Below the pieces are notes generated by a model that saw nothing but the letters and a program-made list of their open reading frames with translations, was not told where the DNA came from and searched no databases. Source: Trueperaceae bacterium (lineage in GTDB: Bacteria > Deinococcota > Deinococci > Deinococcales > Trueperaceae). Taken from it: 64,000 bases of DNA. A program made the position numbers and the translations under genes. The stretch is taken from positions 2,432,001 to 2,496,000 of the forward strand of contig OZ243913.1 in the NCBI GenBank assembly GCA_965213705.1, given 5' to 3'. Positions 10,189 through 20,455 of this stretch are shown piece by piece (the first letter of the stretch is position 1; every line of letters begins with the position of its first letter).

Positions 10189-11709
10189 TTAAGCTGGGGT
10201 GCTCGAGTCCCGCTCACCGTAACACAAGCTCAGCAGCGCGTCCTGCGTCAGTCCGGCCGCACTGATGAGGGCGGCTTGGCGGCCCCCCACCAACACCAAC
10301 ACCCGGTCGCAGAGACTCACCACCTCGCCTAAGTCGGACGAAACCAAGACGATGCCCACGCCGTCCGCGCTCAACCCGCGCACGAGAGTGTAGATGTCGT
10401 ACTTTGCGCCCACGTCCACGCCGCGGGTGGGCTCGTCCAGCAGCAGCGCGCGCGGCGCGCCCGCCATCGCGCGGGCGAACAGCACCTTTTGCTGGTTGCC
10501 GCCACTGAGTTGCCGTACGGTTTGCTGCGGCCCCGTGGCCTTGAGGCGCACGCTTTCTCCCAAGCTGCGGGTCAGACGTTTTTCTTTAGAGCGATTTAAA
10601 AACACACCGCCACGACTTACAGCTCCCAAGTATGGCAGCGTGACGTTGTCGCGCACGCTCCGCGACAGCACCAACCCCTGGGCGCGCCGCTCCTCGGGCA
10701 CGAGCGCGACGCCCCTGGCCCAGCTTCGCGCCACGTCGGGTTTGAGGCGCTGGCCCGCTAAGATGACCTCGCCCGTCACGGTGGCCGCGCCCACCAGCGC
10801 GTGCAACAGCTCGCTGCGGCCCGACCCCGCCAAGCCCGCCACGCCCAGGATTTCGCCCGCGCGCAGGCTGAAGTTTACGCCCTGCACCAGGCCGCTCTCG
10901 AGCCCGCGCACCGCCAAGACGGTCTCGGTACCCACTTTGTTCACACGCGGCGGGTAGGTCTGCGTAACTTCGCGCCCGGTCATAAGTCGGATGACGTCGC
11001 CCGGCGTCGTGTCGGGAACTTTGAGCGTCGCCAGCGTGCGCCCGTCGCGCATCACCGTCACGCGGTCACAAATTTCGAACACCTCGTCCAGCCGGTGAGA
11101 CACGTACAAAACCGCGCAGCCCGTTCGGGCGAGCCGCCGCAACACCCGAAACAGCCGTTCGGCTTCCGCACCGGTCAGGGCGGCGGTGGGTTCGTCCAGC
11201 ACGTACACGCTTCCAGGTGCGCCGGTGGACGGCAGCAGCGCGCTCGCCAACTTGACGAGCATCCGGTCGCCGGTGCCGAGCCTCGCCATGCGGGTGCTCG
11301 GGGCGATGTGCGTGACCTCAAGTTCGGCCAACGCCGACCGCGCCGCCGCGTTGAGCTTGCGCCAGTCGACGAACATCCCGGCGCGGCGCGGGTAGGGCTC
11401 GGCGATAAAGACGTTCTCGGCGACCGAGAGCTGCGGCACCACGTCGAGTTCTTGGTGAATAAAGCGAAACCCGTGTCGAAACGCTTCCCCTGCGTGCAAA
11501 CTCAGCGGCTCGCCGCGCAGCGACGCCTGGGCGCTGTCCGGCTCGGTCACGCCCGCCAAAATCTTGATGAGCGTGCTTTTGCCCGCCCCGTTCTCGCCCA
11601 TGAGCGCGTGGATTTCGCCCGCGCGCAGCTCGAGGGCCGCGCCGTTCAGCACGAGGCTGGGACCGTAGCGCTTGGTCACGCCCTTCAAGCTCAGGAGCGG
11701 GTCAGGCAC
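10189..11709 (-). CDS. Sugar ABC transporter ATP-binding protein (RbsA-like, two ABC domains)
   Basis: GENGAGKST, LSGGNQQK and DEPTRGVD motifs. Confidence 0.93.
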   Translation of the reverse strand: MPDPLLSLKGVTKRYGPSLVLNGAALELRAGEIHALMGENGAGKSTLIKILAGVTEPDSAQASLRGEPLSLHAGEAFRHGFRFIHQELDVVPQLSVAENVFIAEPYPRRAGMFVDWRKLNAAARSALAELEVTHIAPSTRMARLGTGDRMLVKLASALLPSTGAPGSVYVLDEPTAALTGAEAERLFRVLRRLARTGCAVLYVSHRLDEVFEICDRVTVMRDGRTLATLKVPDTTPGDVIRLMTGREVTQTYPPRVNKVGTETVLAVRGLESGLVQGVNFSLRAGEILGVAGLAGSGRSELLHALVGAATVTGEVILAGQRLKPDVARSWARGVALVPEERRAQGLVLSRSVRDNVTLPYLGAVSRGGVFLNRSKEKRLTRSLGESVRLKATGPQQTVRQLSGGNQQKVLFARAMAGAPRALLLDEPTRGVDVGAKYDIYTLVRGLSADGVGIVLVSSDLGEVVSLCDRVLVLVGGRQAALISAAGLTQDALLSLCYGERDSSTPA

Positions 11710-11893
11710 GGCAGAGCCCAGGCGTCAGCATTCAGAAGTCGGTAGGGTGTCGCTCAGACGAATCAGACAAAAACGTCTCCGAGGTCGGTGAGAGCTGGGC
11801 TCGAGCGGGTCAACGTTCAAAGTTCTGAGGCCGCCTCTACAAACTTTCCCAAGGTCCAAGAAACGTTTTCGAGGAGAGTTTGGATGTCGAGGA

Positions 11894-12808
11894 CTACTGA
11901 CCGCCGAACTCGGCCACGTTGGCCGCGGTGACCAGTTGCGTCGGCACGTAAACAACCCGCTGCGTTACCTCTTCGCCCGCCAGGTGACGCGCCACCAGGT
12001 CGGCCGTAGCGTTGCCGATGCCGGTAAAGTCCTGCGCGACCGACGCTTTGAAGTTGCCGCCCGCGGCAATCGCGTCGACGGCTTGCGGGTTGGCGTCGAT
12101 GCCGACGACGACGATGCCCTCGCCGTCACGACCCGCCGCTTCGATGGCCTGGAGCGCGCCGAGTGCGGGCTGGTCCCAGGCGGCCCACACCGCCGAGAGG
12201 CTGCCCGGCTCGGGGTTGGCGGCCAAGACGGCCTCCATCTGCGCCCTCGAGTCGGCAATCCCGCCGTCGTCCACGTTCGGGGTGATGCGCTCAACGACCT
12301 CGATGTCCGGGTTGTTGCCGAACACCGCCTCGGCGACCACGCCGCGCTTTTGCACGGGCGGGTAGGGGTCGAACACGAACATCACCACGCGGCCCGCGCC
12401 GTGAATGCGGTCGACCACGTAAGTCGCCGTCTCGGTCGCCATCGCGTAGCCGTTGCTGGTGACGTTGGCGACGAGTCCTGGGTCGGTGCCCGCGTCCATT
12501 CCGAACACCGGCACGCCCGCGGCGGCGGCCGCTTGCAAACCGGCCCCGATTTGCGCCGGGTCGACGTTGACGACGACGGCGTCCACGCCTTGGTTGACCA
12601 CGTCCTCGATGCGGCTGATAACCGCCGCCACGTCGCCCGAGGTGTCGATGACGTTGACCGTCCAGCCCTGTGCCTGCCCTGCCGCCTCAAAGGCCTCGAC
12701 CATAAACTGCGTGCCGGGTTGCGCCAGGTACGGCGTGACGACCGCGACGTTGGTTTGGGCGAGACTCGCACTCAGGGAAAAAATGACGAAGAAAAAAAGG
12801 CGCTTCAT
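11894..12808 (-). CDS. Sugar ABC transporter substrate-binding protein
   Basis: Signal peptide, class I periplasmic binding protein pattern, operon context. Confidence 0.88.
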   Translation of the reverse strand: MKRLFFFVIFSLSASLAQTNVAVVTPYLAQPGTQFMVEAFEAAGQAQGWTVNVIDTSGDVAAVISRIEDVVNQGVDAVVVNVDPAQIGAGLQAAAAAGVPVFGMDAGTDPGLVANVTSNGYAMATETATYVVDRIHGAGRVVMFVFDPYPPVQKRGVVAEAVFGNNPDIEVVERITPNVDDGGIADSRAQMEAVLAANPEPGSLSAVWAAWDQPALGALQAIEAAGRDGEGIVVVGIDANPQAVDAIAAGGNFKASVAQDFTGIGNATADLVARHLAGEEVTQRVVYVPTQLVTAANVAEFGGQ

Positions 12809-12888
12809 AAAAAACTCCTGTTCTGAATGGGGTTTGAGTAAGGGAGTAGAGTCAGCGGCTTTTATTTACCCCAACACTCTCTACCTCG

Positions 12889-13599
12889 TTACTCGACGAC
12901 CTCGAATACGAAGTCGGGGCGGGTGAAGGCGTCCAGGCCGACGTCCGCGTAGACGGCTTGCGGAATACCGACGTCGCCGACGAAGACGCGGCCCGCCTGC
13001 GAGCCCGGTTTGACGCCTTGTTTGGGCAGGGCGAGGGCCAAAGTCATGGTCGCCGCCACCACGTCGCCGGGCACGGTGCCGTCGTCGGCCATCATGCCGG
13101 TCGGCGCGTCGAGCGAGATGACGCAACAGCCCTCGCCCATCGAGTTCAAGACCGTAATCACGTCGAGGGTGCGGCCCCGCGGCGGCCCCTCCAGTTGCGT
13201 GCCGATGGCCGCGTCGACGACGCAGGCGAACTTCATTTTGGGTAGACCGCTGCGCACCCGAATGTTGGGAAAGTGTTTGAGGAACTCGAGCTGTTCTTTC
13301 GGCGTGCCCGAATAGTTTTCGGCTTCGTGGGTCGGCACCACCCAGACTTGGCGGCCGATGCCGGCCAAAAGCCGCGCCGCCGCCAAACCGCCGCTGCCGT
13401 TGTTGCCGCGCCCGGCGACGACCAGCACGGGGCCGTCGGGCGCGTACTTACTCGCCATTTCGGCCAAGTTGCGGCCCGCGTGTTCGACGACCAAACGGCT
13501 GTCGAGCCCGTACTTGCCGGTCGCCAACATGACAAGTTGCTGCATCTGCGAGCTGCTGATTTTGGGAACGTCGGCCCACGAAACGGTGGGAAGGGTCAT
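12889..13599 (-). CDS. nnrE: NAD(P)H-hydrate epimerase (stand-alone YjeF N-terminal domain)
   Basis: AGRGNNGSGG, VDAAIGT and SLDAPTG motifs. Confidence 0.8.
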   Translation of the reverse strand: MTLPTVSWADVPKISSSQMQQLVMLATGKYGLDSRLVVEHAGRNLAEMASKYAPDGPVLVVAGRGNNGSGGLAAARLLAGIGRQVWVVPTHEAENYSGTPKEQLEFLKHFPNIRVRSGLPKMKFACVVDAAIGTQLEGPPRGRTLDVITVLNSMGEGCCVISLDAPTGMMADDGTVPGDVVAATMTLALALPKQGVKPGSQAGRVFVGDVGIPQAVYADVGLDAFTRPDFVFEVVE

Positions 13600-13613
13600 A
13601 GCTTGCCTTTCAC

Positions 13614-14357
13614 TTAGCGAACAGCTTCCGTCGCCTGCGCGCCTGCGGCGTCCAGGGCGGCGGTCGAGTAAACGTTTTGCACGTCGTCTAGGTCTTCCAA
13701 AGCTTCAACAAAACGCACGACTTTGTCCTCTTCGGCCGTCGACAAACTCGTTTCGGTTTGAGCTACTTTGGTGAGTTGGCTCAGTTCGGGTTCCAGGCCT
13801 CGAGCCTGCAGCGCGTCGATGACCGAATAGAGTTGCGTTGCTTCGGTATATACCGTCAGCGCGTCGTCTTCCAGAACGAGGTCTTCGGCCCCGACTTCGA
13901 TAGCCGCTTCTTGCGCCGCATAACTCGTGTCGGCGAGCACGACGACGCCTTTGGTCTCGAACTGCCAAGCGGTGCTGCCCGACATGTTGCCCCCGTGTTT
14001 GCTGAACACGTAGCGCACCTCGGCAGCGGTGCGGTTGCGGTTGTCGGTCAGAGCTTCTACCAAGACCGCCACGCCCGCCGGGCCGTAGCCTTCATACACC
14101 ACGCTTTCAAAGTTGCTGCCTTCGGCTCCCCCGAGCGCACGCTCGATTGCCCGGTCGATGTTGTCGACCGGCACGTTGTCGCTTTTGGCTGCTAACAGCG
14201 CGTTTTTTAGGGGCAGGTTGTGCGCGGGGTCGCCGCCGCCCCCTTCGCGCACGGCGCTCTGGACGGCGCGCACGTGTTTGCTGATGGCTTTGCCGCGTTG
14301 GTTGTCGTTGACAGCTTTTTTGCGTTTGATTTGTGACCACTTGTTGTGCCCGGCCAA
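13614..14357 (-). CDS. yebC: YebC/PmpR family protein
   Basis: AGHNKWSQIKRKK, YEGYGPAG, TDNRNRT and DDVQNVY motifs. Confidence 0.95.
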   Translation of the reverse strand: MAGHNKWSQIKRKKAVNDNQRGKAISKHVRAVQSAVREGGGGDPAHNLPLKNALLAAKSDNVPVDNIDRAIERALGGAEGSNFESVVYEGYGPAGVAVLVEALTDNRNRTAAEVRYVFSKHGGNMSGSTAWQFETKGVVVLADTSYAAQEAAIEVGAEDLVLEDDALTVYTEATQLYSVIDALQARGLEPELSQLTKVAQTETSLSTAEEDKVVRFVEALEDLDDVQNVYSTAALDAAGAQATEAVR

Positions 14358-14498
14358 GACTGAAACCCTCCCTCTAGCTACCCAAAAACCTACTGTGAGC
14401 CATTTTACCGTATATGTGCGCGGGCTGTCGCACGAGTAAGGACAGGCACGTGTGCCTGTCCCGGTGTTTGTATGTTTGAAACGAGTTCTGAGCGGGCG

Positions 14499-15008
14499 TT
14501 ACTGGATGTAGAACTGCGTCTCGGCGATGTCCCTGACGTCGTAGTCGCTCACCTCGGTGACGATGCTCTGGGTCCAACGACCCTCGCCCAAGGCACCCCG
14601 GTAAGTGACGCGCCCGCTCGTGGGGCGGGGCGTGAACGAGGCGCGCACGCGCTGCAACCCGCGCGGCGGCAACAGTGAAAAAACACTGCCGTCGTCCGGC
14701 CCGGAGACAAGGTTGGTTCGTCCACCCCGCACGTAGACGTTGCGTGCGAAGGTGTAGACGGCGCCGTCGGGGTCGAGGGCGGTCAGGGTCAAGTAGCCGT
14801 CTTGGGTCGTGAACACCCGAAACGAAATGTTTTCACCCACGAAGTAGCCGGCGCCCGCGCCGCGCGCAGGTTCAAACACCCGAATGACGTCGCTGACTTC
14901 GATGCCGAAGCGCACCGTGCCCCGAGTCCCGACCGAACCCGGCGACACATAAACGGCGCAGCTCGTCAACAGCAGTCCTAAACTTAGCGCGAGAAAAAGT
15001 TTTTTCAC
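14499..15008 (-). CDS. Lipoprotein, DUF4384-like
   Basis: Lipobox LLTSC; 'Y.VGE.ISF....QDGYLTL' pattern. Confidence 0.6.
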   Translation of the reverse strand: MKKLFLALSLGLLLTSCAVYVSPGSVGTRGTVRFGIEVSDVIRVFEPARGAGAGYFVGENISFRVFTTQDGYLTLTALDPDGAVYTFARNVYVRGGRTNLVSGPDDGSVFSLLPPRGLQRVRASFTPRPTSGRVTYRGALGEGRWTQSIVTEVSDYDVRDIAETQFYIQ

Positions 15009-15093
15009 GGCTTTCCCCTTTCGTCCACTTTCACCAGAGTAGCAGGCGGCCGCGCCATAAGCTCTTCTTTGGGTTCACACGACCTTAAGCAAA

Positions 15094-15140
15094 GCCACAA
15101 AGTTTTCACGAGCGTGCCTGTTGTGAAAATAATAACTTGA
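15094..15140 (-). repeat. Dispersed polar 47-bp site, copy 2
   Basis: - strand TCAAGTT-attat-TTTCAC-aacaggcacgctc-GTGAAA-actttgtggc. Confidence 0.75.
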
Positions 15141-15257
15141 GAGTTTGCTTGTGTTGCCGATAGGTCTTTACCGGTCGGGTCACCCGACCTAACGTACCGC
15201 CTCTTTCATGTCCGGTCCACCCAAAGCTTCAAACCCAAAGGGTATACTGCGCCCCTG

Positions 15258-15692
15258 ATGATGCTGAACAACCGACGAGCCAGGTTCGACTACGAAATTT
15301 TGGAGACGTTCGAGGCGGGCGTCGTCCTGACCGGCAGCGAGGTCAAGTCGTTGCGGCAGGGCGGCGCGTCCCTGGTGGGCGCGTACGCGCGCGTGAGTGG
15401 GGGAGAAGTGTGGCTCGAGGGTTTTACGATTCCGCCCTATTTCGAGGCGAGCTACAACAACCACGAGCCGCTCCGCCGCCGCAAACTCCTGTTGAGCAAA
15501 CGCGAAATCGCCGAAATCAAGCGCGGGCTCGAGCGGCGCGGCCTGACCCTCGTCCCGCTCAAGCTGTACTTCAAGGCGGGCTGGGTCAAGGTGAGCGTGG
15601 GCTTGGCGCGCGGCAAAAAGGTGCACGACAAACGCGAAACCCAGGCCAAACGCGACGCGCAACGGCAAATGGACCGCGCCGCCAAACGGTAA
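15258..15692 (+). CDS. smpB: SsrA-binding protein
   Basis: NRRARFDY, LTGSEVKSLR, RKLLL and GKKVHDKR motifs. Confidence 0.97.
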   Translation: MMLNNRRARFDYEILETFEAGVVLTGSEVKSLRQGGASLVGAYARVSGGEVWLEGFTIPPYFEASYNNHEPLRRRKLLLSKREIAEIKRGLERRGLTLVPLKLYFKAGWVKVSVGLARGKKVHDKRETQAKRDAQRQMDRAAKR

Positions 15693-15702
15693 GCCGGGAA
15701 CC

Positions 15703-17130
15703 GTGACGACGTTCTGGAAACGGTGCGCCTATGCGTTCGTCCACGCCCTGGTCACTTCTGCCCTGGTCGCTTCTGCACAAAACCTCGTCGTCAACGGTCA
15801 ACCCGTCGCGGGTTTGAGCATCGTTCGCGGCAGTTCCTACGCGCCGGCCGACGCCCTCGGCGCGGCTTTGGGCGCGACCCCCTTTTACGACGCCACCGAA
15901 CAAGCCGTGACGTTCGACCTGGCCGGGCGACTGCTCAGCGTAACGCTCGGCGACGGTAGGAGCGCAGTCACACTGGACGGAGCGGCGCCCCCAAACGAGC
16001 GTGAAACCGCCCCGGACGAGGGAGGCGTGCTCGAGGGGGGGCGTTTTTACGTTCCGGTCAAGCGGGTCGTCGCCGCACTGGGCGGTACCGTTACTTGGTT
16101 GCCGAGTCAGCAAACCGTGATGGTGGTGTTGCCCCGCGCCGAGCTGCGCGGCTTCAAGGTGGACCGGCAAGCGGGTTACGAGCGTCTCGTTTTGGAGTTT
16201 GACGGTCTTACCGCTTTCGAAACCTATTTCAACCGTACGCTGGGAACTTTGCAACTGCGCTTCGAACGTGCCGACCTGCCCCCGGGGAGCCGTTTTCCGG
16301 CCCTGTCGGGCGACTTTTTTACGACGGCTGTCGTCACGGAGACCGCCGGCTACCTCGACCTCCGCGTCGAGGTGAGACCCGAGCACCGGTTTGAGAGTTA
16401 CGCCAGTCCGCGGCCGGGTGGTTTTGCAGTGGTCGTCGACCTGTTGCCCGACGCCGTCCCGGCCGCCGACACGGCGGCCGGGACGCGGCCCCTCGTCGTC
16501 ATCGACCCGGGTCACGGCGGCGCCGACGAGGGCTTGACGTTCGGGAGCACGACCGAAAAAGAGTTGCTGCTGCGCTTCGCGCTGGCGCTGCAAGACGCCC
16601 TCGCGAGCGCCGACGTAGACGTTTCCCTGACGCGCAGTGACGACGTTTCGGTGCCGGTCGGTCTTCGGTCGCAGGCGGGCGTCGGGGCGCGCTTGTTTTT
16701 GTCGTTGCACGCTGCGGACTTATCGGCGGGCCAGTTCAACCTTTACTACCTGGGCGACGGCGACCTCAGCTCGGTGTCGGCCTTGCGCGACAACGCCGCG
16801 GCAGCCGTCACCGCCCCCGATACCGACGCGCTGCGCCGGCGGATTCTGCTCGACCTCGTACCCGACTTGGCCCTGGGTGAAAGTTACGCGCGCGACCTCG
16901 GCCGTGACCTCAGCAACAACCTCGGCGGCAATGACTTCGGCGGCAATATCGGCGGTCAGCTTGACGGCTCGGTGCGAGCGGCGACCCCGGCACCGCTCGC
17001 GGTGTTGTCCGGCGCGGCGGGCCGCGGCGTGTTGTTAGAGCTGAGCCCCGACGACCTCGCCGACGACACGCTGGTCGCGCCGCTCGCCGCCGCCCTTTTG
17101 AAGGTGCTGGCACCGGGCGATGCCGACTAA
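15703..17130 (+). CDS. N-acetylmuramoyl-L-alanine amidase (Amidase_3) with N-terminal accessory domains
   Basis: IDPGHGG, TEKE, SLHA and LLE catalytic motifs; signal peptide. Confidence 0.85.
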   Translation: MTTFWKRCAYAFVHALVTSALVASAQNLVVNGQPVAGLSIVRGSSYAPADALGAALGATPFYDATEQAVTFDLAGRLLSVTLGDGRSAVTLDGAAPPNERETAPDEGGVLEGGRFYVPVKRVVAALGGTVTWLPSQQTVMVVLPRAELRGFKVDRQAGYERLVLEFDGLTAFETYFNRTLGTLQLRFERADLPPGSRFPALSGDFFTTAVVTETAGYLDLRVEVRPEHRFESYASPRPGGFAVVVDLLPDAVPAADTAAGTRPLVVIDPGHGGADEGLTFGSTTEKELLLRFALALQDALASADVDVSLTRSDDVSVPVGLRSQAGVGARLFLSLHAADLSAGQFNLYYLGDGDLSSVSALRDNAAAAVTAPDTDALRRRILLDLVPDLALGESYARDLGRDLSNNLGGNDFGGNIGGQLDGSVRAATPAPLAVLSGAAGRGVLLELSPDDLADDTLVAPLAAALLKVLAPGDAD

Positions 17131-17677
17131 ACGCTTCTGGGCCGTACTCCTGAGCGCGCCCGCGCTGTTGGGCGGCCTCGTTTTGTTGGCCGGAGGCGTT
17201 GCGGTTGTACGCGTCCTACCCGCCCCTCGCCCTCCGCTGGTTCAGCTCGAGCCCAGCCCGGACGCCCCCTTAGTCCCGACCGAGGTAGAACTCACGCTCT
17301 TTTCGCCGGGACAAGGGGGGCGCCCGGTAGAGCAGCCCGTTTTCGTCCAGCTCACGCTGCCCGAAGACGCTACGGGCCGTTTTGAACGTATCGCCGCCGA
17401 ACTGCGCGCTCAACTGCTCGCTACCTTGTGGCCCGCAGCCTTGCCCGCACCGACCGTGTTCGAAGTCGACGCCGCCAACGGCGCGCAGACAATAGTCGTC
17501 CTCGACTTTAGCGTCGACGCTGTTGCCGTGGACGTCGAGACCGAACTGTTGCTGCTCCGGTCCATACACGCGACCCTGCTCAGAAACGGTGCCGACCGCG
17601 TGCAGATTCTGGTCAACCACGCGGAGAGCGCAAGCTTTCTGGGCCACGTCGCGCTCGCCGCGGTGCTCGAGAACTGA
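17120..17677 (+). CDS. GerMN-like domain membrane protein
   Basis: Follows the amidase; 'ELLLLRSI..TL...VQILVN....FLGHV' pattern. Confidence 0.65.
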   Translation: MPTKRFWAVLLSAPALLGGLVLLAGGVAVVRVLPAPRPPLVQLEPSPDAPLVPTEVELTLFSPGQGGRPVEQPVFVQLTLPEDATGRFERIAAELRAQLLATLWPAALPAPTVFEVDAANGAQTIVVLDFSVDAVAVDVETELLLLRSIHATLLRNGADRVQILVNHAESASFLGHVALAAVLEN

Positions 17678-17680
17678 GGT

Positions 17681-18121
17681 TTGAACTTGCCTGAACTAGA
17701 GATTATGAAAGCCCTTATCGACTACACTCGGGAGCGGGCTCTGGAGAACAAGACCTTCACCGGGGCGTTCATCGTCAAAAACGGTGAAATTATCTACAAA
17801 ACCGTCACCACTATAGAACCCGACAAAAACCCCTTGGCTCACGCCGAGCTTAAGGCGGTTCAGGCCTCTGTCCTAGCTTACGGTCCCGACTTGAACGGGT
17901 GTCATCTTTACACCACCCAACAACCCTGTCCCATGTGCGCTTCGGCAATGGTCTGGAGCGGTATAGAGAAAGTGGTTTACGGGGTGCCGTCTGACCGGCA
18001 GTGGAAAACCTTCGACCACATCCACAAATTTTTCGCCGACCTTGGGGTTGAGTGCGTGGGGCCTTTTTTAGAGGACGAATGCCGGGACATAGACGCTTAC
18101 CTTGTCGCTCACGGTATTTAA
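17681..18121 (+). CDS. Zn-dependent nucleoside/nucleobase deaminase
   Basis: HAE and PCPMC motifs. Confidence 0.88.
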   Translation: MNLPELEIMKALIDYTRERALENKTFTGAFIVKNGEIIYKTVTTIEPDKNPLAHAELKAVQASVLAYGPDLNGCHLYTTQQPCPMCASAMVWSGIEKVVYGVPSDRQWKTFDHIHKFFADLGVECVGPFLEDECRDIDAYLVAHGI

Positions 18122-18236
18122 GCTTACAGTGAACTTGCAACCACAAGTTCACCTGAGAGGTGCTGAAAACTTTCAAAGCTTGAAGGCGCTGCACCATCTC
18201 AACCCCGACACCTCTTCATGCTCGTGAGAGGGCGAA

Positions 18237-19535
18237 TCAGGGATACATCCGCGTCAACATCCGCGGAAATGGAATCACCTCGCGCAGGTGCTGGACGCCG
18301 GTAATCCAGGCGAGCGTGCGTTCCAAGCCCAGCCCGAAGCCCGAGTGCGGCACGCTGCCGTGTTTGCGCAGGTCGAGGTACCAGCCGAACGCCGCCTCGG
18401 GCAACCCGTGCTCGGCAATCCGCCGCTTGAGCAACTCGTAGTCGTGGATGCGCTGCGAACCGCCGATAAGTTCGCCGTACCCTTCCGGCCCGATGAGGTC
18501 GTCGCACTTCACCCGGGTCGGGTCGTCTTCAAAGGGCTGCATGTAAAACGCCTTGGTCTGCGTCGGCCAGGCTTCGACGAACACGGGCCGGTCGTAAGCG
18601 TCGCCGAGCGCGGTTTCGTGCGGCGCGCCGAAGTCGTCGCCCCAAGCGAGCGGCAGACCCTTTTCCGCCAAAAAGGCCAGCGCCGCGTCGTAGGTCAGCC
18701 GCGGGAAGTTACCCTGCGCGGTGGGAAAGAGTTTGCTCGTGTCGCGCTCTAAGATGTCCAGCTCGAGCTTTTTCTCCTCCAACACCCGGCCGACGAGGTA
18801 CGCCAAGAAGTCTTCTTGCAGTTTGAGGTTGCCCTCGTGCTCCAAGTAGGCGACCTCGGGCTCTATCATCCAAAACTCGAGCAAATGCCGGCGCGTTTTG
18901 GACTTTTCGGCGCGAAAGGTCGGCCCGAAGGTGTAGACCTTGCCGAAAGCGAGCGCGCCCGCCTCGGCGTAGAGTTGTCCGGACTGTGACAGGTAAGCTT
19001 TCTCCTCGCCGAACAGGTCTATTTCGAACAGGTTGGTCGTGCCCTCGACCGCCGTGGGCATAAAAAAGGGCGCGTCGAAGCGCAAAAAGCCGCGCTCGTG
19101 GAAAAAGTCGTGGACGCCCCTAACAAGTTCGTCGCGCACCCGCAAAATCGCCCAGGGCGCGCGGTGGCGCAAGTAGAGGTGGCGGTTCTCCATCAAAAAG
19201 TCGACACCGTGCTCTTTGGGCGTCAGGGGGTAGTCTCGGGACGAGCCGACAGCTTCCAAACCCGTCACGCCGAGTTCGACGCCGCTCGGGGCGCGCGTGT
19301 CCGCGCGGACCTCACCCGTCACCACCACGCTGGTCTCCTGGGACAAGGTTTTGGCCGTTTCGAACACGGTCTCGTCGACTTCGTTTTTCACGACCACGCC
19401 CTGCACGAAGCCGGTGCCGTCCCGAAGCTGTAAAAACGCGATTTTGCCGCTGCTGCGCGAGTTCGTCAGCCAAGCCCGCAGCGTGACCGTGTCGCCTTTG
19501 TGTCGGGGTAAGTCTTCGATGTAAACCTGAGCCAT
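18237..19535 (-). CDS. asnS: Asparagine--tRNA ligase
   Basis: [25 protein letters not shown] and PHSGFGLG motifs. Confidence 0.95.
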   Translation of the reverse strand: MAQVYIEDLPRHKGDTVTLRAWLTNSRSSGKIAFLQLRDGTGFVQGVVVKNEVDETVFETAKTLSQETSVVVTGEVRADTRAPSGVELGVTGLEAVGSSRDYPLTPKEHGVDFLMENRHLYLRHRAPWAILRVRDELVRGVHDFFHERGFLRFDAPFFMPTAVEGTTNLFEIDLFGEEKAYLSQSGQLYAEAGALAFGKVYTFGPTFRAEKSKTRRHLLEFWMIEPEVAYLEHEGNLKLQEDFLAYLVGRVLEEKKLELDILERDTSKLFPTAQGNFPRLTYDAALAFLAEKGLPLAWGDDFGAPHETALGDAYDRPVFVEAWPTQTKAFYMQPFEDDPTRVKCDDLIGPEGYGELIGGSQRIHDYELLKRRIAEHGLPEAAFGWYLDLRKHGSVPHSGFGLGLERTLAWITGVQHLREVIPFPRMLTRMYP

Positions 19536-19642
19536 AAAGAAAGTCTAACAAACCGGCGGGCGGGCAAAGGTACAGAAGTCGAGCAGGGGAGACCAAGAGG
19601 CTGCAACCCCTTGTTCACTCCTAAGGTCCTCGGTATTTTTTC

Positions 19643-20455
19643 CTAGTCCTCGAGGGCTTGCGTCAAAGCGCTCTCGATGATGCCGACGACGCCGCACGCG
19701 TCGACCTTGCCCGCGACGGTGCCGTAGCGGCTTTTGAGGTCGTCGGGCGCGTCCCCCATCACGACCGGAAAACCGACCTCGTCCAGCATCGGCACGTCGC
19801 CCGAGCTGTCACCGATGCCGACGACGTCGCGCAGTGAAATCTTCAAGGTATCAGCCAAGATATGCGTCGCCGTGCCTTTGGACACGCCCGTCTGAGTAAC
19901 GCTGATAAACAGCACGTTCGGAAGCGCGGGCGCGGTCGCCCGGCTCGCCTGCACGCCGGCGAGGTCGCCGACGTCGACGCGCGCCTCTTGGTCTTTTTTG
20001 ACTACCCACTGCGCCCGGACGACGGGTTCGTTCGACGCGACTTCGGCCAAGTCGCGGACGATGGGCGTGACGCCTATCATCTTGGCGTGCGCCTCGCTCA
20101 GCGGCGTTTTGCGTTCGACGAACAAGGTGGTCGGGCTGTACAACTCCAGGGTAAGACCCAAGTTGCGGGCGCGTTCGACCAAAACCAGGGTGTTGGCCTC
20201 CGGCAGGGCGAAGACTTTGAGCGCCTCGCCCGAGGCGTAGGCGATTTGCGCCCCGCTTTGAAACACGTGCGGCGTGTTCGGCCCCAGCCGCTTGGCGACC
20301 TTTTGCGCCACGCCCGCACACGGTCGGCCGGTACAAACCGCAAACTTCATGCCTGCCTCACGCGCCTTGTCGACCACTTTCCACACGCAGTCGTCGACGT
20401 GACCTTTGGAGCCGATGATGGTACCGTCCAGGTCGAGGACGACCAGCGGTATCAC
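19643..20455 (-). CDS. Cof-type HAD-IIB hydrolase
   Basis: DLDGT, CTGR, SKG and GDSSGD motifs. Confidence 0.9.
   Translation of the reverse strand: MIPLVVLDLDGTIIGSKGHVDDCVWKVVDKAREAGMKFAVCTGRPCAGVAQKVAKRLGPNTPHVFQSGAQIAYASGEALKVFALPEANTLVLVERARNLGLTLELYSPTTLFVERKTPLSEAHAKMIGVTPIVRDLAEVASNEPVVRAQWVVKKDQEARVDVGDLAGVQASRATAPALPNVLFISVTQTGVSKGTATHILADTLKISLRDVVGIGDSSGDVPMLDEVGFPVVMGDAPDDLKSRYGTVAGKVDACGVVGIIESALTQALED

Noticed and set aside
14440..18151. Short palindromes at 14440-14461, ~15173-15189 and ~18129-18152
   Set aside because: Consistent with ordinary terminator-like hairpins; they share no sequence
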